From: Scleropages formosus
Lineage: Eukaryota
Length of the DNA stretch: 64,000 nt
NCBI RefSeq assembly: GCF_900964775.1
Contig: NC_041806.1
Span: 16,582,297-16,646,296 of the forward strand
Reading direction: 5' to 3'
Shown: positions 11,610-23,356 of the stretch, in pieces
Layout of the letters: every line of letters starts with the position of its first letter
Position numbering within the stretch: the first letter of the stretch is position 1
Program-made: the position numbers and the translations under genes
The notes under the pieces: generated by a model
Databases searched by the model: none
What the model was told of the DNA's origin: nothing
What the model saw: the letters and a program-made list of their open reading frames with translations, nothing else

Positions 11610-11801
11610 ACAAGTATCACTAGCACAAACTGTGGGAAGACCAAGCTGTGTCTGAGGACACCAAATGGCTGTAACCCAGCAGGCAGTAGTGAGTGCTTGT
11701 TTGCCTCCTCCGCCACCTCATCCCAAGGAATCATGACTTTTGAGCTCCGAGGACAGTCTAATGGGTACATTGCGTTGGGACTCAGCACAGCCAACACAAC
11801 G
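11610..11801 (+). CDS. DOMON module 5 exon A (192 nt)
   Basis: Encodes TSITSTNCGKTKLCLRTPNGCNPAGSSECLFASSATSSQGIMTFELRGQSNGYIALGLSTANTT. Confidence 0.7.
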
Positions 11802-12006
11802 GTAACTATACATCATACAGCACCATACAGAGGCTCCAGTGACAGAAATATAGTCAACAGATACTTCTGCTTTGTTATGTAACTGGTGATTTTTCCTTGT
11901 ATGCTAAAAAACCTTTGATATCCTCATTATTAATTCTCTAATCTTAAATATTTGCATATTTTGCTTTAGCAGCTAACCTTTGTGTTGTCTTTGTTTGTAT
12001 TTTTAG

Positions 12007-12102
12007 CAATATGCCATCATGTTTGCCTGTGCACAGCTAAGTGGCACTGTCTCCCTGTTCAGCACCAAGCTCATAAACAGTTCAGTGATCCAGGACAGTT
12101 CA
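12007..12102 (+). CDS. DOMON module 5 exon B (96 nt)
   Basis: Encodes QYAIMFACAQLSGTVSLFSTKLINSSVIQDSS. Donor |gtgagt. Confidence 0.7.
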
Positions 12103-12735
12103 GTGAGTGTTTTCATTGTTTTTTATGCAAATTCTGTTACATTCCTTTGCTGCATTTTGCCTCAATTATAATATATTGCCTATTAGGCTGACTGTTACTT
12201 GCAGCATAGCTTGACCTGCATGGCAGTCTCTGTAGCCTGTGAGCTCAGAAGTAATGAGATGAATTTGCATGGTTGTTAGCCTGTGGTGACCCATTCTGTG
12301 GGAACCACAAGCCTGGGACTGTGGGATTTCCTTTTACCTGTCCTTTCACACACCTTTTTGGTGTCATATGTGCTTTGAATGTGCTGGCAGTTAGGAGGAA
12401 TACTGTGTACTGCAAGGACAGGAACTTTTTGTGAAAGTTTGCTTGCAGGATGTTTTGAGGAACAGCGTGGAGGACCTGAAGGTCTGGCCCAGAGTCTGCA
12501 AGACCTAAATTCACCAAGGCCACCTTGGGCCTCTGAGAAAGAGGAATATGAATAGTGTGTTGTGGTAGTAGTGTGTGAGACTTGTGTCATTCAGATTTGG
12601 AGGGTTACACCTATGAAGAAAAAACCAACTCTAAACTCTTTGTCCTTGTATGGCATTGAGAACCAGGATTCCATGCCACAAATAAACACCTGAATCCAGC
12701 AGCAGTGAAGCTTGTCTGTTCCCCATCTGTTTCAG

Positions 12736-12883
12736 ATCAGTGTGGACAACATTCAGGGGACGCAGAATGGAAATGTTATTCGGTGCACTTTTAATACTGC
12801 TGGCCTCAGTTCCACAGCCTCAAAGATTCGTGCACTAAATACCACCTTTTTTGTCTTCCTTGCTACCGGAGATGTCAACAATG
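12736..12883 (+). CDS. DOMON module 5 exon C (148 nt)
   Basis: Encodes ISVDNIQGTQNGNVIRCTFNTAGLSSTASKIRALNTTFFVFLATGDVNNG. Confidence 0.7.
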
Positions 12884-13018
12884 GTAAAAAAAAAAAAATT
12901 GCTTTGCATACCAGCTGTTGAAGTGTATATTTACAAACAGCTCACTTTATGGTGTTTGCCAAAACCACCAAATTACCAAAAATATCAGACTTTGTAAAAT
13001 TGTAATTTTTCTCCCCAG

Positions 13019-13123
13019 GAACACTGCAAGCTCCAGTCATTAAGTTGCAACCTGTCTTGGTTGACCTGGCAAATGCCACTGTTAACTTATTTTCAAGCAG
13101 CCCACCCATTCACTCCTATTCAG
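13019..13123 (+). CDS. DOMON module 5 exon D variant (105 nt)
   Basis: Encodes (G)TLQAPVIKLQPVLVDLANATVNLFSSSPPIHSYS. Donor G|gtaacc. Ends in phase 1. Confidence 0.55.
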
Positions 13124-13293
13124 GTAACCAGTTCAAAAAATCTTGCAAAAAAAGTGATATTCTGAAATGCTGCCAGTTACTGTTCTTATATATTTCTTTC
13201 ATCACTTTTTCACTTAAGATGATATTACTTCCAATTTTCCAGTGTGTATCAGGAAAATATAGTTAAATTAATTTGTTTTTGCTTTATTTCCAG

Positions 13294-13337
13294 CTTTGCT
13301 AATCCTACTTAGTGTGGTGCCCTTCCAGCTGTTTTGA
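13294..13337 (+). CDS. DOMON-repeat gene terminal exon (hydrophobic C-terminal tail plus stop)
   Basis: Acceptor tatttccag|. Completes the codon from the previous exon and encodes ALLILLSVVPFQLF followed by TGA at 13335-13337. Small residues (SYSA) followed by a short hydrophobic tail resemble a GPI-attachment signal. AATAAA-like signals follow, for example around 13600. Confidence 0.5.
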
Positions 13338-14592
13338 GGAAAATCTAAATCAATCAGGTCAAGAAGACAGAGGGTGGTCGATGTGTTGTCAACCTTTCCA
13401 ATGCTCAGAAGATTGACATATATAAAAGCTCTCTATCATCTAATATTAAAATTACTCACTAATGTGACTATAAAATCACCTACTCTGTGTGTGTGTGTGT
13501 GAGTGACAAAGTGTGTTTCACTTAAAGATGAAGTTGTAAGACTTATTGTAAGTTCGAGGAACAATTCACTGAGTACAAAAAGTGATGAAATCATTAAATA
13601 CTATACAGTATAATAAAAGATAACCTTTATTACCTTTGCGAACCAGAATCATGAAGTGGGTATCTGTGAAAGTCCTTTTCTGCTTTTTCATATGGTGGTG
13701 TTTTCTTATCCCAACACTGAAATTAATTAAATGTATCCTTTGGAATTTGTGTCTGTTAATATAATAATAAAAGGTTTGGAATGAATTAAAATTCTGGTGA
13801 GAAATTTTTTTCTACACAGAATCAAAACTACGTTTTCCATTAATTTTGTTTCCAAAGAATGTCTTTAAGAAGCTTGAATATTTGCATGATAATATCTGAA
13901 AGGAGCAAAGGTGTCAGAAGCACCATCTGGGTCTCAGTTAGATTCTGCCACTTTAGCCATGGGAACTTCACTACTAGTAATATTTTAGTAGTAGTATTTT
14001 GAGCTGAATTGAAGCATCAGCTAAATGAATAAAAATCATGAGAAAACCAAAGTGACAGCACCACTTCTAGAGAGTGAGCTTGAGCACCACTTAAAAGAGC
14101 GATTCTTTTTATTTTGAATAACAACACATAAAACAATAGAAACACAAGTGTACATAGCATTTCTAAAAACATATCAGAAAGCATGATCGGGATACACAGT
14201 ACAAATACACATCATAAAAAGGTTAAACTAAATAAAGACAAAGTACATGCTGCTTTCATATTTTGACATTTTGAAGAAGTTTGCAAATATCTCTTTAAAT
14301 GTATTTTTAAGTCTTCAAATGTAGGACTCTTCCCTGAACCTTTTACTTTACCTTTTAAAGTCCAAAATGAGGAATTCCAGTATACTGTAACTGCGAGGAT
14401 ATTTTCAACTTGGAATATGGATCTTAAAGATTTTTTCTTACATCCATAGTTTAAATATTCTTTCCTTGCAGTCTGATATGAACTACAAATTTTTAAAACA
14501 TTTCTAATAGACAGCTATTGCCATTCTTTAGAATTGATATTTCCTTAGGAATCACATTCATTATGACAACATTGAACAGAATTAATAAAAAT

Positions 14593-14994
14593 TGTCATGA
14601 TGTCCCCCGGGTGCGGAAGCATCGGACCCAAGTGCGGAGCACAGGAAGTGGAGTCAAGGGGCGATCCAGTAGACATGGTCAGGGAAACAGGCAAAAGGGT
14701 CACCGATCTGTGAACAGAATCTGAAGGGCAAATCCGAAAGTTGTTGACCAGGAAAACAGGCGAGAAGTCGTGGCAAACCAGGAAGTCGTAACCGAGGAGT
14801 TGGATGACAAGGAGCAACACGACGAGGAGCAGGACGAGGAAACAGGGAGGTCAAGAGATCGGTAACAAGAAGCGTGACTGAGAGGCTAGGCTGAACAAGG
14901 TTCCACAACTTCCTGCAGTCCGGGCTGTCCTTTTACGTGCCCGGACCCTGATCAGCTGCAGGTGTTGCTCATTACTGAGGTGGTGGGCATGACA
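14593..14994 (-). repeat. 3' LTR of chromovirus A
   Basis: About 90 percent identical to 22666-23081. Starts TGTCA, ends TGACA. Confidence 0.75.
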
Positions 14995-15049
14995 GTACCC
15001 CCCCCTCCACGAGTGGCCCTCGCCGCTCTGTGACGACTGGTGGGTGCCC

Positions 15050-18000
15050 TCGGGGTCAAAGCACGGGATGGTCAGGGTGGTTCCGGTGGAACTCAGTGAT
15101 CAGCTCAGGGTCCAGGATATCATGAGCGGCCACCCAGCACTGTTCCTCCAGCCCGTAGCCATCCCAGTCTACCAAGTGCTGCAAGACGCCACCCCGCCGA
15201 CAGGAGTCCAGCAGGGTCTGTACCCTGTAAGCGGGGCTGTCCTCATTTGGCTGGGGTATTGTAGGTGGTTAGTTCAGAAGTGGCTGATGTAAGGACGTAG
15301 CGCAGGGTCGAAGGAAAGAGTTGTGGAACATTGGGTGGATCCGTAGGTGATGTGGCAACTGGAGGAGGTAGGAGACCAGAGTGATGCAGCGTAGGACCTT
15401 GAAGGGACCAATGTACCAGGGGCTGAGTTTCTTGGACAGGTATGCCCCCCGGAGACCCCTGGTGGACAGCCAGACCCTCTGCCCGGGCAAGAAGAAGAGC
15501 AGACACCTTCGATGGTCTGCCTGCCGTTTCATTTAGGCCTGGCTGTGTAGTAAGTGTCGTTGGATGGTCTGCCATACCTTTGTGCTGGACCGGTACCAGT
15601 TGTCTACGGCCGGAATGTCACTGGAGCCTGGTTGCCAGGGAAACAAAGGGGGTTGGTAGCCCAGTACGCACTGGAATGGAGAACATCCTGTAGATGCCTG
15701 AGGCATAGAATTATGTGCGTATTCAGCCAATGGTAAGTACTGCACCCACTGTCGTGGTTGCTCGGTACAATAACTACGCAGGAACTGGCTTATGTCCTGC
15801 TGTAACTGTTCCACCTGTCCCGCCTGGTACCCCGACGTTAAACTTACAGATACCCCCAACTTTCGCCAGAAGGCCTTCAACAGCCGGGAGGTGAACTGTG
15901 GTCCACGGTCAGACACTATGTCTTCCGGTAGTCCGAAGAGGTGAAATATATGGAGAAACAGAAGTTCTGCGGTTTCCAGTGCTGTAGGGAGTTTGGGGAG
16001 GGGTACCAACCAGCAGGCCTAAGATAATCAGTCTACCAGAGTCATGATGGTGGTCTTACCGTCTGAGTGAGGTAAATCTACCAAGAAATCCAGGGCAATG
16101 TGTGACCGGGGTGATTGGGCACCAGCAGGGGTTCCAGACGTCCAGTGGGTCGTTGGTTCGAGGGCTTGGCCTGGGTGCAGATCTGACATGCTTGAATGTA
16201 GTCTTGGGTGTCCTCGGTCATCGAGGACCACCCGAAATGTTTTTTAGGAGCATCTGGGTCTTGCTAAACCTGGGATGTCCTGAGGTGGGATGGTCATGGG
16301 CCCATTGTAGGATGTTGGCTCTCATTTGTGGGGGAACATATTGCTTTCCAGAGGGTTTACCTGGTGGTTCTGGTTTGGTGTCCTGGGCCTGGGTGAGTTC
16401 TTGAAAGAAGTCCCATTGAACAGGAGCGACAAAGCAGGTCCGGGATATGATAAAGCCTGGACCTCGTTCAGCGGGTTCCCTTTCGTACACATGGGATAGA
16501 GCATCGGCCTTGGTGTTTTTGCTGCTGGGACGGTAAGTTACAGTGACAGTTTACCTGGCTTGTCGGGGGTTAAGTTGTCTGACTGTTTGTAGGTATTCCA
16601 GGTCCTTATGATCAGTTAAGATGACGAATGGGTGTCGGGCCCCCTCAAGCCAATGTCTCCATTCCTCCAACGCCAATTTCATGGCCAGCAGCTCCCGGTT
16701 GCCGATGTCATAGTCCTTTTCTGCCTGGGAAAGTTTCTAAGGAAAGAAAGCACGTGGATACAGTTTTGGGGGATCTCCCTGCCGTTGGGACAGCACCGCT
16801 CCTATTCCGGTCTCCGATGCATCTACCTCCACCACAAACGGTTTGTCTGGATCTGGGTGGTGGAGGATAGGGGCCGAGAGGAACCTACATTTCAGGGCCT
16901 CAAAGGCTCCTCTGTCCAGCTGAGCCGTGCTACCTTGGAGGAGGTTAAGGCGGTTAAAGGAGCAGCCAGGGTGCTGAAAGCCCTAATAAAACGCCAAAAG
17001 AAGTTGGCAAACCCGAGAAAGCATTGGAGGGCTTTCACGGTGGAAAGTCGGGGCCACTGGACAACCGCTTTAACCTTGTCTGGATCCACAGCGATCCCAT
17101 CCTTACTAAGCACTAACCCCAAAAACGAGATCTGCTGTTGATGAAAGAGGCATTTTATTGCCTTGATGAAGAGTCGATGCTGTAATAACTGGTGTAGCAC
17201 CTGGCGCACCAGCTCAATATGTGATTTTAAGGATGGGGAGTAGATGAGGATATCATCTAGGTAGACCAAAACCCCTCTATTGATGAGCTCTCCAAGGACG
17301 TGATTAACATAGGCCTGGAAGACACTGGATGCGTTAGAGAGACTGAACGGCATTACCAAGCACTCATAATGACCTAGGGTGGTGCTGAAGGCAGTTTTCC
17401 ATTTGTCCCCTTCCCGGATGCGGATGAGGTTGTAGGTGCTACGTAAATCGAGCTTCGTGAACCATTGGGCTTGATGTATCTGTTCAAGGGCTGCTGTGAT
17501 CAAAGGCAGGGGTGAGGGTACTTTACTGTGATGTTGTTCAAACCTCGATAATCTATGCAGGAACGGAGGCCACCGTCTTTCTTTTCCACGAAAAGGAAGC
17601 CAGCTGCGGCTGGTGAGGTGGAAGGCCGTATTATACCTGCAGAAAGGGCTTCCGTGATGTAGTGCTACATGGCCTGCTATTCAGGTATAGACAGGGGGTA
17701 GATCCGGCCACAGGAAAGTGTCGTCCCTGGGAGGAGATAGATAGCGCAGTCCCAGGGCCGATCCGATGTGGAGGAAGGGCTGCGGTTTGCTTCTTGCTGA
17801 ACACCTCGGCTAGCTCCTGATACTCAGAGGGAATGTCGACCTGTGGGGGTGATTCTGAACACTCAACAGACGTGGCCCGGCATGGGAGAGAAATACATCT
17901 TCCCTGACATTGAGACCCCCAAGACACCAGTTTGCCTGTGCTCCACTTAAATATACGGTCATGCAGGGAGAGCCATGGGAAACCGAGAAGGATTGGGTCC

Positions 18001-18302
18001 TCAGGAGAAGCAAGCAGATAGAACTGTACATCTTCCTTATAGCACACCCCCACGGTCAGACGGACCGGTTTGGTCTGGGTATTAACAATCCCCTTTCCCA
18101 ACAGCTGTCCATCCAGGGCACTTACCCTCATCCGGATCTTACACCGATGCCTGGGGACCTGGTGCTTCTTGGCAAACGAGATGTCCATAAAGCAGCCTGC
18201 AGCACCAGAATCCACTAATGCCTGGGTCTCCACCATCGTGGTGCCCCAGGAAAGAATGCTCACAATGGCGCCGCGAATGGCCGCCTCGGTGTGGAGCTCC
18301 AC
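15050..18302 (-). pseudogene. pol (PR-RT-RNaseH-IN-chromodomain) of chromovirus A, frameshifted
   Basis: Minus-strand ORFs 17631-18302 (PR), 16892-17503 (RT), 16218-16490 and 15533-16009 (IN), plus the chromodomain at 15050-15290, lie in different frames. Confidence 0.7.
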
Positions 18303-18461
18303 AGTTGTTTTACTGTTTTTGTTAGTTTGCCCTGTCTTTAGTTATACTCCGACAATCAGTTTTACCAGGGAAGAACTGCTGAACATTCGGCAGTACAGAC
18401 CACCCGACATTTTACCGGTTTTCGACTATTCTGACGTTTTGCTGGACATTGTAGTTGGAGG

Positions 18462-18658
18462 TGGGGGCACGGTGGCGCAGTGGGTTGGACCACAGTCCTG
18501 CTCTCCGGTGGGTCTGGGGTTCGAATCCCGCTTGGGGTGCCTTGCGACGGACTGGCGTTCTGTCTTGGGTGTGTCCCCTCCCCCTCCAGCCTTACGCCCT
18601 GTGTTACCGGGTAGGCTCTGGTTCCCCGTGACCCTGTATGGGACAAGTGGTTCTGAAA

Positions 18659-18699
<41 letters not shown>

Positions 18700-18700
18700 C
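18462..18700 (+). mobile_element. tRNA-derived SINE family 1, nested in the LINE 5' region
   Basis: Long (GT)n tail. Flanking GGAGGTG is duplicated. Confidence 0.75.
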
Positions 18701-18796
18701 GGAGGTGCAGCAGCGCTACTCAAGCGCTCCAAGATGCGCAAGCGTGGAAAGTGAGTCAGTGCGCTTTTCAAGCTCCGAAAGCGCGGCTTTAGAACA

Positions 18797-21428
18797 GTGC
18801 TGCCTAGTATCCATCTGGCGAACCTCCGCTCCTTACCCAACAAAATGGACGAACTTTTCCTCCTGTCCCAAAGAAACAAGGACTTCTTAAATTCTGCTGC
18901 TCTGTGTTTCACGGAAACCTGGCTGAATGAAGCCATCCCGGACAGCGCGCTACATCTGCCGGGCTTCCAGCTGTTCAGAGCGGATCGCGGCGGGGAAATC
19001 ACGTGGCGGTGGGACATGCTTCTACATCAACGAAAGGTGGCGTACAGATGTAACAGCGTTGAAGAAGATGTGCTGTCCCGACCTAGAAGCGCTCTTCATC
19101 AACTGCAAGCCTTTCTACTCGCCGCGGGAGTTTTCCTCGTTCATCCTCGTAAGTGTTTACATTCCACCCCAAGCGTGCATGAACGCAGCGCTGCAACAGC
19201 TGGGCGACCAGATCACTGACACAGAGCAACAACACTCGGACTCTGTTATAATTATTCTCGGGGACTTTAATAAAGCAAATCTCTCCCGTGAACTGCCAAA
19301 ATACAGACAGCATATTACATGTCCCACCAGAGACAGTAATATTTTGGACCACTGCTACACCACAGTAAAGGATGCATATCACTCTGTTCCACGGACAGCT
19401 TTGGGGCTCTCTGATCACTGTCTGGTTCATCTTGTACTGACCTACAGGCAAAAACTGAAATCAGCTAAACCTGTAATAAGGACTGTTAAAAGATGGACTG
19501 GGGAAGCAGAGCAGGACTTACAAGCCTGCTTCGAGTGCACCGATTGGAGTGTCTTTGAGGCTGCTGCTAGCGATCTAGATGAGCTCACAGACTCTGTAGC
19601 ATCATATGTCAGTTTCTGCGAGGATATGTGCATCCCTACCAGGACTCGTTTAACATACAACAATGACAAACCGTGGTTCACTGCAAAACTCAGACAGCTT
19701 CGTCAGGCCAAAGAAGACGCCTACAAGAACGGGGACGGAGTCTTGTATAAACAGGCCAAAAACACACTGGCAAAGGAGATCAGAGTGGCTAAGAGAAACT
19801 ACTCTGAAAAGCTGAAGAAACAGTTTTCAGCCAACGATCCTGCATCAGTGTGGAAAGACCTGAAAGACATCACAAATTACAAGACACCACCCCCCGGCAC
19901 CGTGTCAACTCAACAACTAGCCGACGATTTGAATGAGTTTTATTGTAGGTTTGATAAACCCTGTCTCACACCCCACACCCATTCAGACCCTCTCTCCACA
20001 AATCGATTAACACCTCCAGTAACCCCCACCTCCCCCCCTCCTGCACCTTTGATCTGCGAACAGGAGGTGCGTCGGGTCTTCGTCAAACAGAAGACAAGGA
20101 AAGCACCAGGCCCAGACGGTGTCTCACCGGCCTGCCTAAAAACCTGTGCTGACCAGCTGGCCCCTATCTTCACAAAGATCTTCAACAGATCACTGGAGAT
20201 GTGTGAAGTTCCTTCCTGCTTCAAACACTCCACCATCATCCCCATCCCAAAGAAACCCAAAATCACAGGACTTAATGACTACAGACCTGTCGCCCTAACG
20301 TCTGTGGTCATGAAGTCACTTGAAAAACTGGTGTTGGACTACCTGAAAGACATCACTGGACCCTTGCTGGACCCCCTGCAGTTTGCTTACCGAGCAAACA
20401 GGTCTGTGGATGATGCAGTCAACATGGGACTGCACTACATTCTGCAACATCTGGACAAACCAGGGACTTATGCAAGAATCCTGTTCGTGGACTTCAGCTC
20501 AGCCTTCAACACCATCATCCCACACCTCCTCCTGTCCAAATTAACCCAACTCTCTATGCCCACCTCCATCTGTCAGTGGATCACCAACTTTCTGACAGAC
20601 AGGCAGCAGATAGTGAGGCTGGGAAAATTCTCATCCAATACTCGCACAATCAGTACTGGAGCCCCCCAGGGATGTGTGCTCTCCCCACTGCTCTTCTCCC
20701 TGTACACCAACGACTGCACCGCAAAAGACCCCTCTGTCAAACTCCTGAAGTTTGCAGACGACACCACACTCATCGGCCTCATCCGGGATGGTGATGAGTC
20801 TGCTTACAGACAGGAGGTCCAAGAGCTGGCTGTCTGGTGCAGTCATAACAACCTGGAGCTGAACACGCTCAAAACAGTGGAGATGATCGTGGACTTCAGG
20901 AGAAACACCTCAGCATTATCCTCACTTACCATCATGAACAGCACTGTGGCAACAGTGGAGTCATTCAGGTTCCTGGGCACCACCATCTCACAGGACCTGA
21001 AGTGGGAGCCCCACATAGACTCCATTGTGAAGAAGGCCCAGCAGAGGTTGTACTTCCTTCGCCAGCTGAGGAAGTTCAACCTGCCACAGGAGCTACTGAT
21101 GCAATTCTACTCCGCAGTCATTGAGTCCGTCCTCTGCACCTCTATAACTGTCTGGTTTGGCTCAGCTACGAAGTCAGACATCAGAAGACTGCAGCAGATA
21201 GTTCGGACTGCTGGAAGAATCATCGGCACATCCCCCCCAGCTCTCCAAGACCTGCACTCGTCCAGAGTCAGTAAAAGGGCTAGCAAAATCATTCTAGACC
21301 CCTCACATCCAGGCCACTTCCTTTTCGAACCCTTGCCATCTGGCCGGCTCTACAGAGCACTGAGCACCAGGACAGCCAGGCATAAGAAAAGTTTCTTTCC
21401 TCAGGCCATCTACCTCATGAACACCTAA
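18797..21428 (+). pseudogene. LINE ORF2 (endonuclease plus reverse transcriptase), one frameshift
   Basis: ORFs 18797-19219 and 18927-21428 overlap in different frames. Together they give about 877 aa of EN-RT. Confidence 0.7.
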
Positions 21429-21734
21429 ATCTCTCCCCTAGAGAGTAAACCAGTGCAATACATAATGCTATTTATATTTATAACTATTTATCACATCATA
21501 TCTCTTACTCACACTCCCTTGCATTTGTATCTAGTGACTATTTTTGTATATTGGGTACTTTATATTTTTAAATATTTTTTTATCCCTTGTTCACATACTC
21601 TATCTTCTCACCTGTCTTGTCACTGTCATTCTGTCTGTGCTGTGGTAGTTCCTGTCACCAAGACAAATTCCTTGTATGTGTGAACAAACTTGGCAATAAA
21701 GCTCGTTCTGATTCTGATTCTGATTCTGAATTAC

Positions 21735-22671
21735 GGGAACTGAGAGACGGTTACATTTGAAGGCTCCACTCACTTGGGCTTGGATCTTACTGGGCAGTCG
21801 ACACAGAGATGTCTGGGTCCCCGCAGTAGAGACACAGGCAGCTCCGTAGTCTCCGCTGTCGTTCCTCCATGGTTAATCGGCCATGTGCTAACCATATGGG
21901 TTCAGGCTTCATCTGTTGCATGTCACTGTACTGGGCTTCGTACTGGATTCGCAATCCCGGGCAAGGTTGTCTATGGTGAAGGCAGTCTGGATAAACTGAT
22001 CAAGCGTCCATTTCTCTCCCCGGAACACCAGCTCCTTTCTCAATCTTGGGTTCAGACTGCACCAGAAACAGGCCAGTAGGGCTTTCGGACCCCAACCACT
22101 GCATGCGGCCAGGATCCAGAAATCCACCGCATACTCTGCCGCAGAACGGTCCCCTTGCCTCAGGTGGAAGAGACGCTCCTCAGTATCCTGAGCAGCGGAG
22201 GGGACCCCAAACATGGCCATGAAGCAGGCTTTGAAATCTTTATATGTACACTGGGAGCAACTCTCCCAGATGGCTGTGGCCCAATCCAACGTGCGCCCGC
22301 TCAGAAGAGAGATCAGGTATGAAATCCGGTTCTGATCAGAGCGATATAAATGGGGCTGACTTGAAAAGACAAGCTTGCACTGCATCAAAAAGCCTGCACA
22401 CTTGGAGGGTGTTCCATTGTACCTTATCAGCGCTGCAAGCCAAGGGTAATGTTCAGGTGGTGGTGATGACGCAGTGGCAGCTGCGCGGGCTAAAACAGGC
22501 GGCGCAAGCTTGCCTGGAGTTCTTAGCACATCTACCAGGTCGTTGTAGGAAGAGACGAGGTGGTGGAGCGTCTGTTCCAACTTGTCTAGGTGCGCTTCAT
22601 GGGAATCCAGTTCTGCCTGCAGCTGGTTCAGCTCCGCTGGGTCTGTAGTGCAGGCGGAACCTTCTGTCATG
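21735..22671 (-). CDS. gag of chromovirus A (CCHC zinc-knuckle region near the LINE junction)
   Basis: [25 protein letters not shown]...[10 protein letters not shown]. Homologous to the gag ORFs of copies B and C. Confidence 0.65.
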
Positions 22672-23081
22672 ATGTCCCCCCGGCGCGGAAGCGTTGGACC
22701 CAAGTGCGGAGCACAGGAAGTGGAGTCAAGGGGCGATCCAGTAGACCTGGTCAGGAAAACAGGCAAAAGGGTCACCGATCTTAGAACAGAATCCGAAGGG
22801 CAAATCCGAAAGTCGTTGTCCAAGAAAACAGGCGAGAAGTCATGGCAAACCAGGAAGTCGTAACCGAGGAGCAGGACAACGAGGAGCAGGACGACAAGGA
22901 GCAGGACGACAAGGAGCAGGACAAGGAAACAGGGAGGTCAGGAGATCGGTAACAAGAAGCGCGAGTGAGAGGCTAGGCTGAACAAGGTTCCGCAACTTCT
23001 TGCAGTCCGGGCTGTCCTTTTATGTGCCCAGACCCTGATCAGCTGCAGGTGTTGCTTGTTACAGAGGTGGAGGGCATGACA
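22666..23081 (-). repeat. 5' LTR of chromovirus A
   Basis: Pairs with 14593-14994. Contains short GAGCAGGACGA repeats in the U3-like part. Confidence 0.75.
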
Positions 23082-23116
23082 AAAAATATTATATCTATTA
23101 ACAAAGCTGATTATAT

Positions 23117-23120
<4 letters not shown>

Positions 23121-23174
<54 letters not shown>

Positions 23175-23356
23175 TGTCTGACACCACTTGTCCCAAGTGG
23201 GGTCGCGGGAGCCGGAGCCTAACCCGGCAACACAGGGTGTAAGGCTGGAGAGGACACACCCAGGACGGGATGCCAATCCGTCACAAGGCACCGCAAGCGG
23301 GACCTGAACCCCAGACCCACCAGAGAGCAGGTCCCAGTCAAACCCACTGCACCACC
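23121..23356 (-). mobile_element. tRNA-derived SINE family 1 (reverse orientation, (AC)n on + strand)
   Basis: Reverse complement matches the family-1 consensus. Lies directly next to the 5' LTR of copy A. Confidence 0.7.

Larger units (their letters stand above)
1042..13337 (+). other. Gene locus: secreted/GPI-anchored protein with five tandem FRRS1-type DOMON domains (22 coding exons, predicted 971 aa)
   Basis: All exons have AG acceptors and GT donors. Exon phases are compatible across all 21 junctions. Summed CDS is 2916 nt, which is 972 codons including the stop. Module exons align with the human FRRS1 DOMON domain at CGxxKxCxxxPxxCDPAGSxxC, FELRG..GY.ALGLS, FACAQ, GNV.QCTFQVSGL, LYVFLATG.INGK and QPLT. 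Confidence 0.75.
18303..21731 (+). mobile_element. L2/CR1-clade LINE, nearly full length, nested in chromovirus A (5' boundary uncertain)
   Basis: EN-RT ORF 18797-21428 is broken by a single frameshift near 19000. It has an EN N-terminus (ETWLNEAIPD), RT motifs, FADDTTLIG and a 3' UTR ending in a (GATTCT)n microsatellite at about 21700-21731. It interrupts the gag-PR junction of copy A. Confidence 0.75.
14593..23081 (-). mobile_element. Ty3/Gypsy chromovirus LTR retrotransposon (copy A), degenerate pol, with nested LINE+SINE insertion
   Basis: Direct LTRs of about 400-415 bp (TGTCATG...CATGACA) at both ends. On the minus strand gag runs 22671 to about 21735. PR (DSGAAGCFMD), RT, RNase H, IN and a chromodomain ([19 protein letters not shown]) follow at 18302-15050. 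A purine-rich PPT (GGAGGGGGGG) abuts the 3' LTR. Flanks AAAAT/AAAAA form a possible 5-bp TSD. Pol is split into several ORFs. Confidence 0.8.

Noticed and set aside
12245-12590. Minus-strand ORFs 12245-12523 and 12276-12590 inside intron B5-C5
   Set aside because: No homology motifs, low-complexity (poly-T/H) translation, and a position inside an intron of the plus-strand gene. They are most likely chance ORFs.
13400-14590. AT-rich spacer between the DOMON gene and chromovirus A
   Set aside because: I looked for exons, RNA genes and repeats. Only simple A/T-rich sequence and poly-A signal-like hexamers are present, and nothing can be supported.
16632-17141. Plus-strand 169-aa ORF antisense to the RT of chromovirus A, and similar antisense ORFs in copies B and C (for example 25681-26136, 27957-28424, 55009-55317)
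   Set aside because: Long antisense ORFs are expected by chance in GC-rich retroelement pol genes. They have no motifs and are not conserved between copies.
18070-18792. 240-aa plus-strand ORF spanning the PR region of copy A, the LINE 5' region and a SINE
   Set aside because: It crosses three different repeat units, so it cannot be a real gene. It is a product of the permissive ORF caller.
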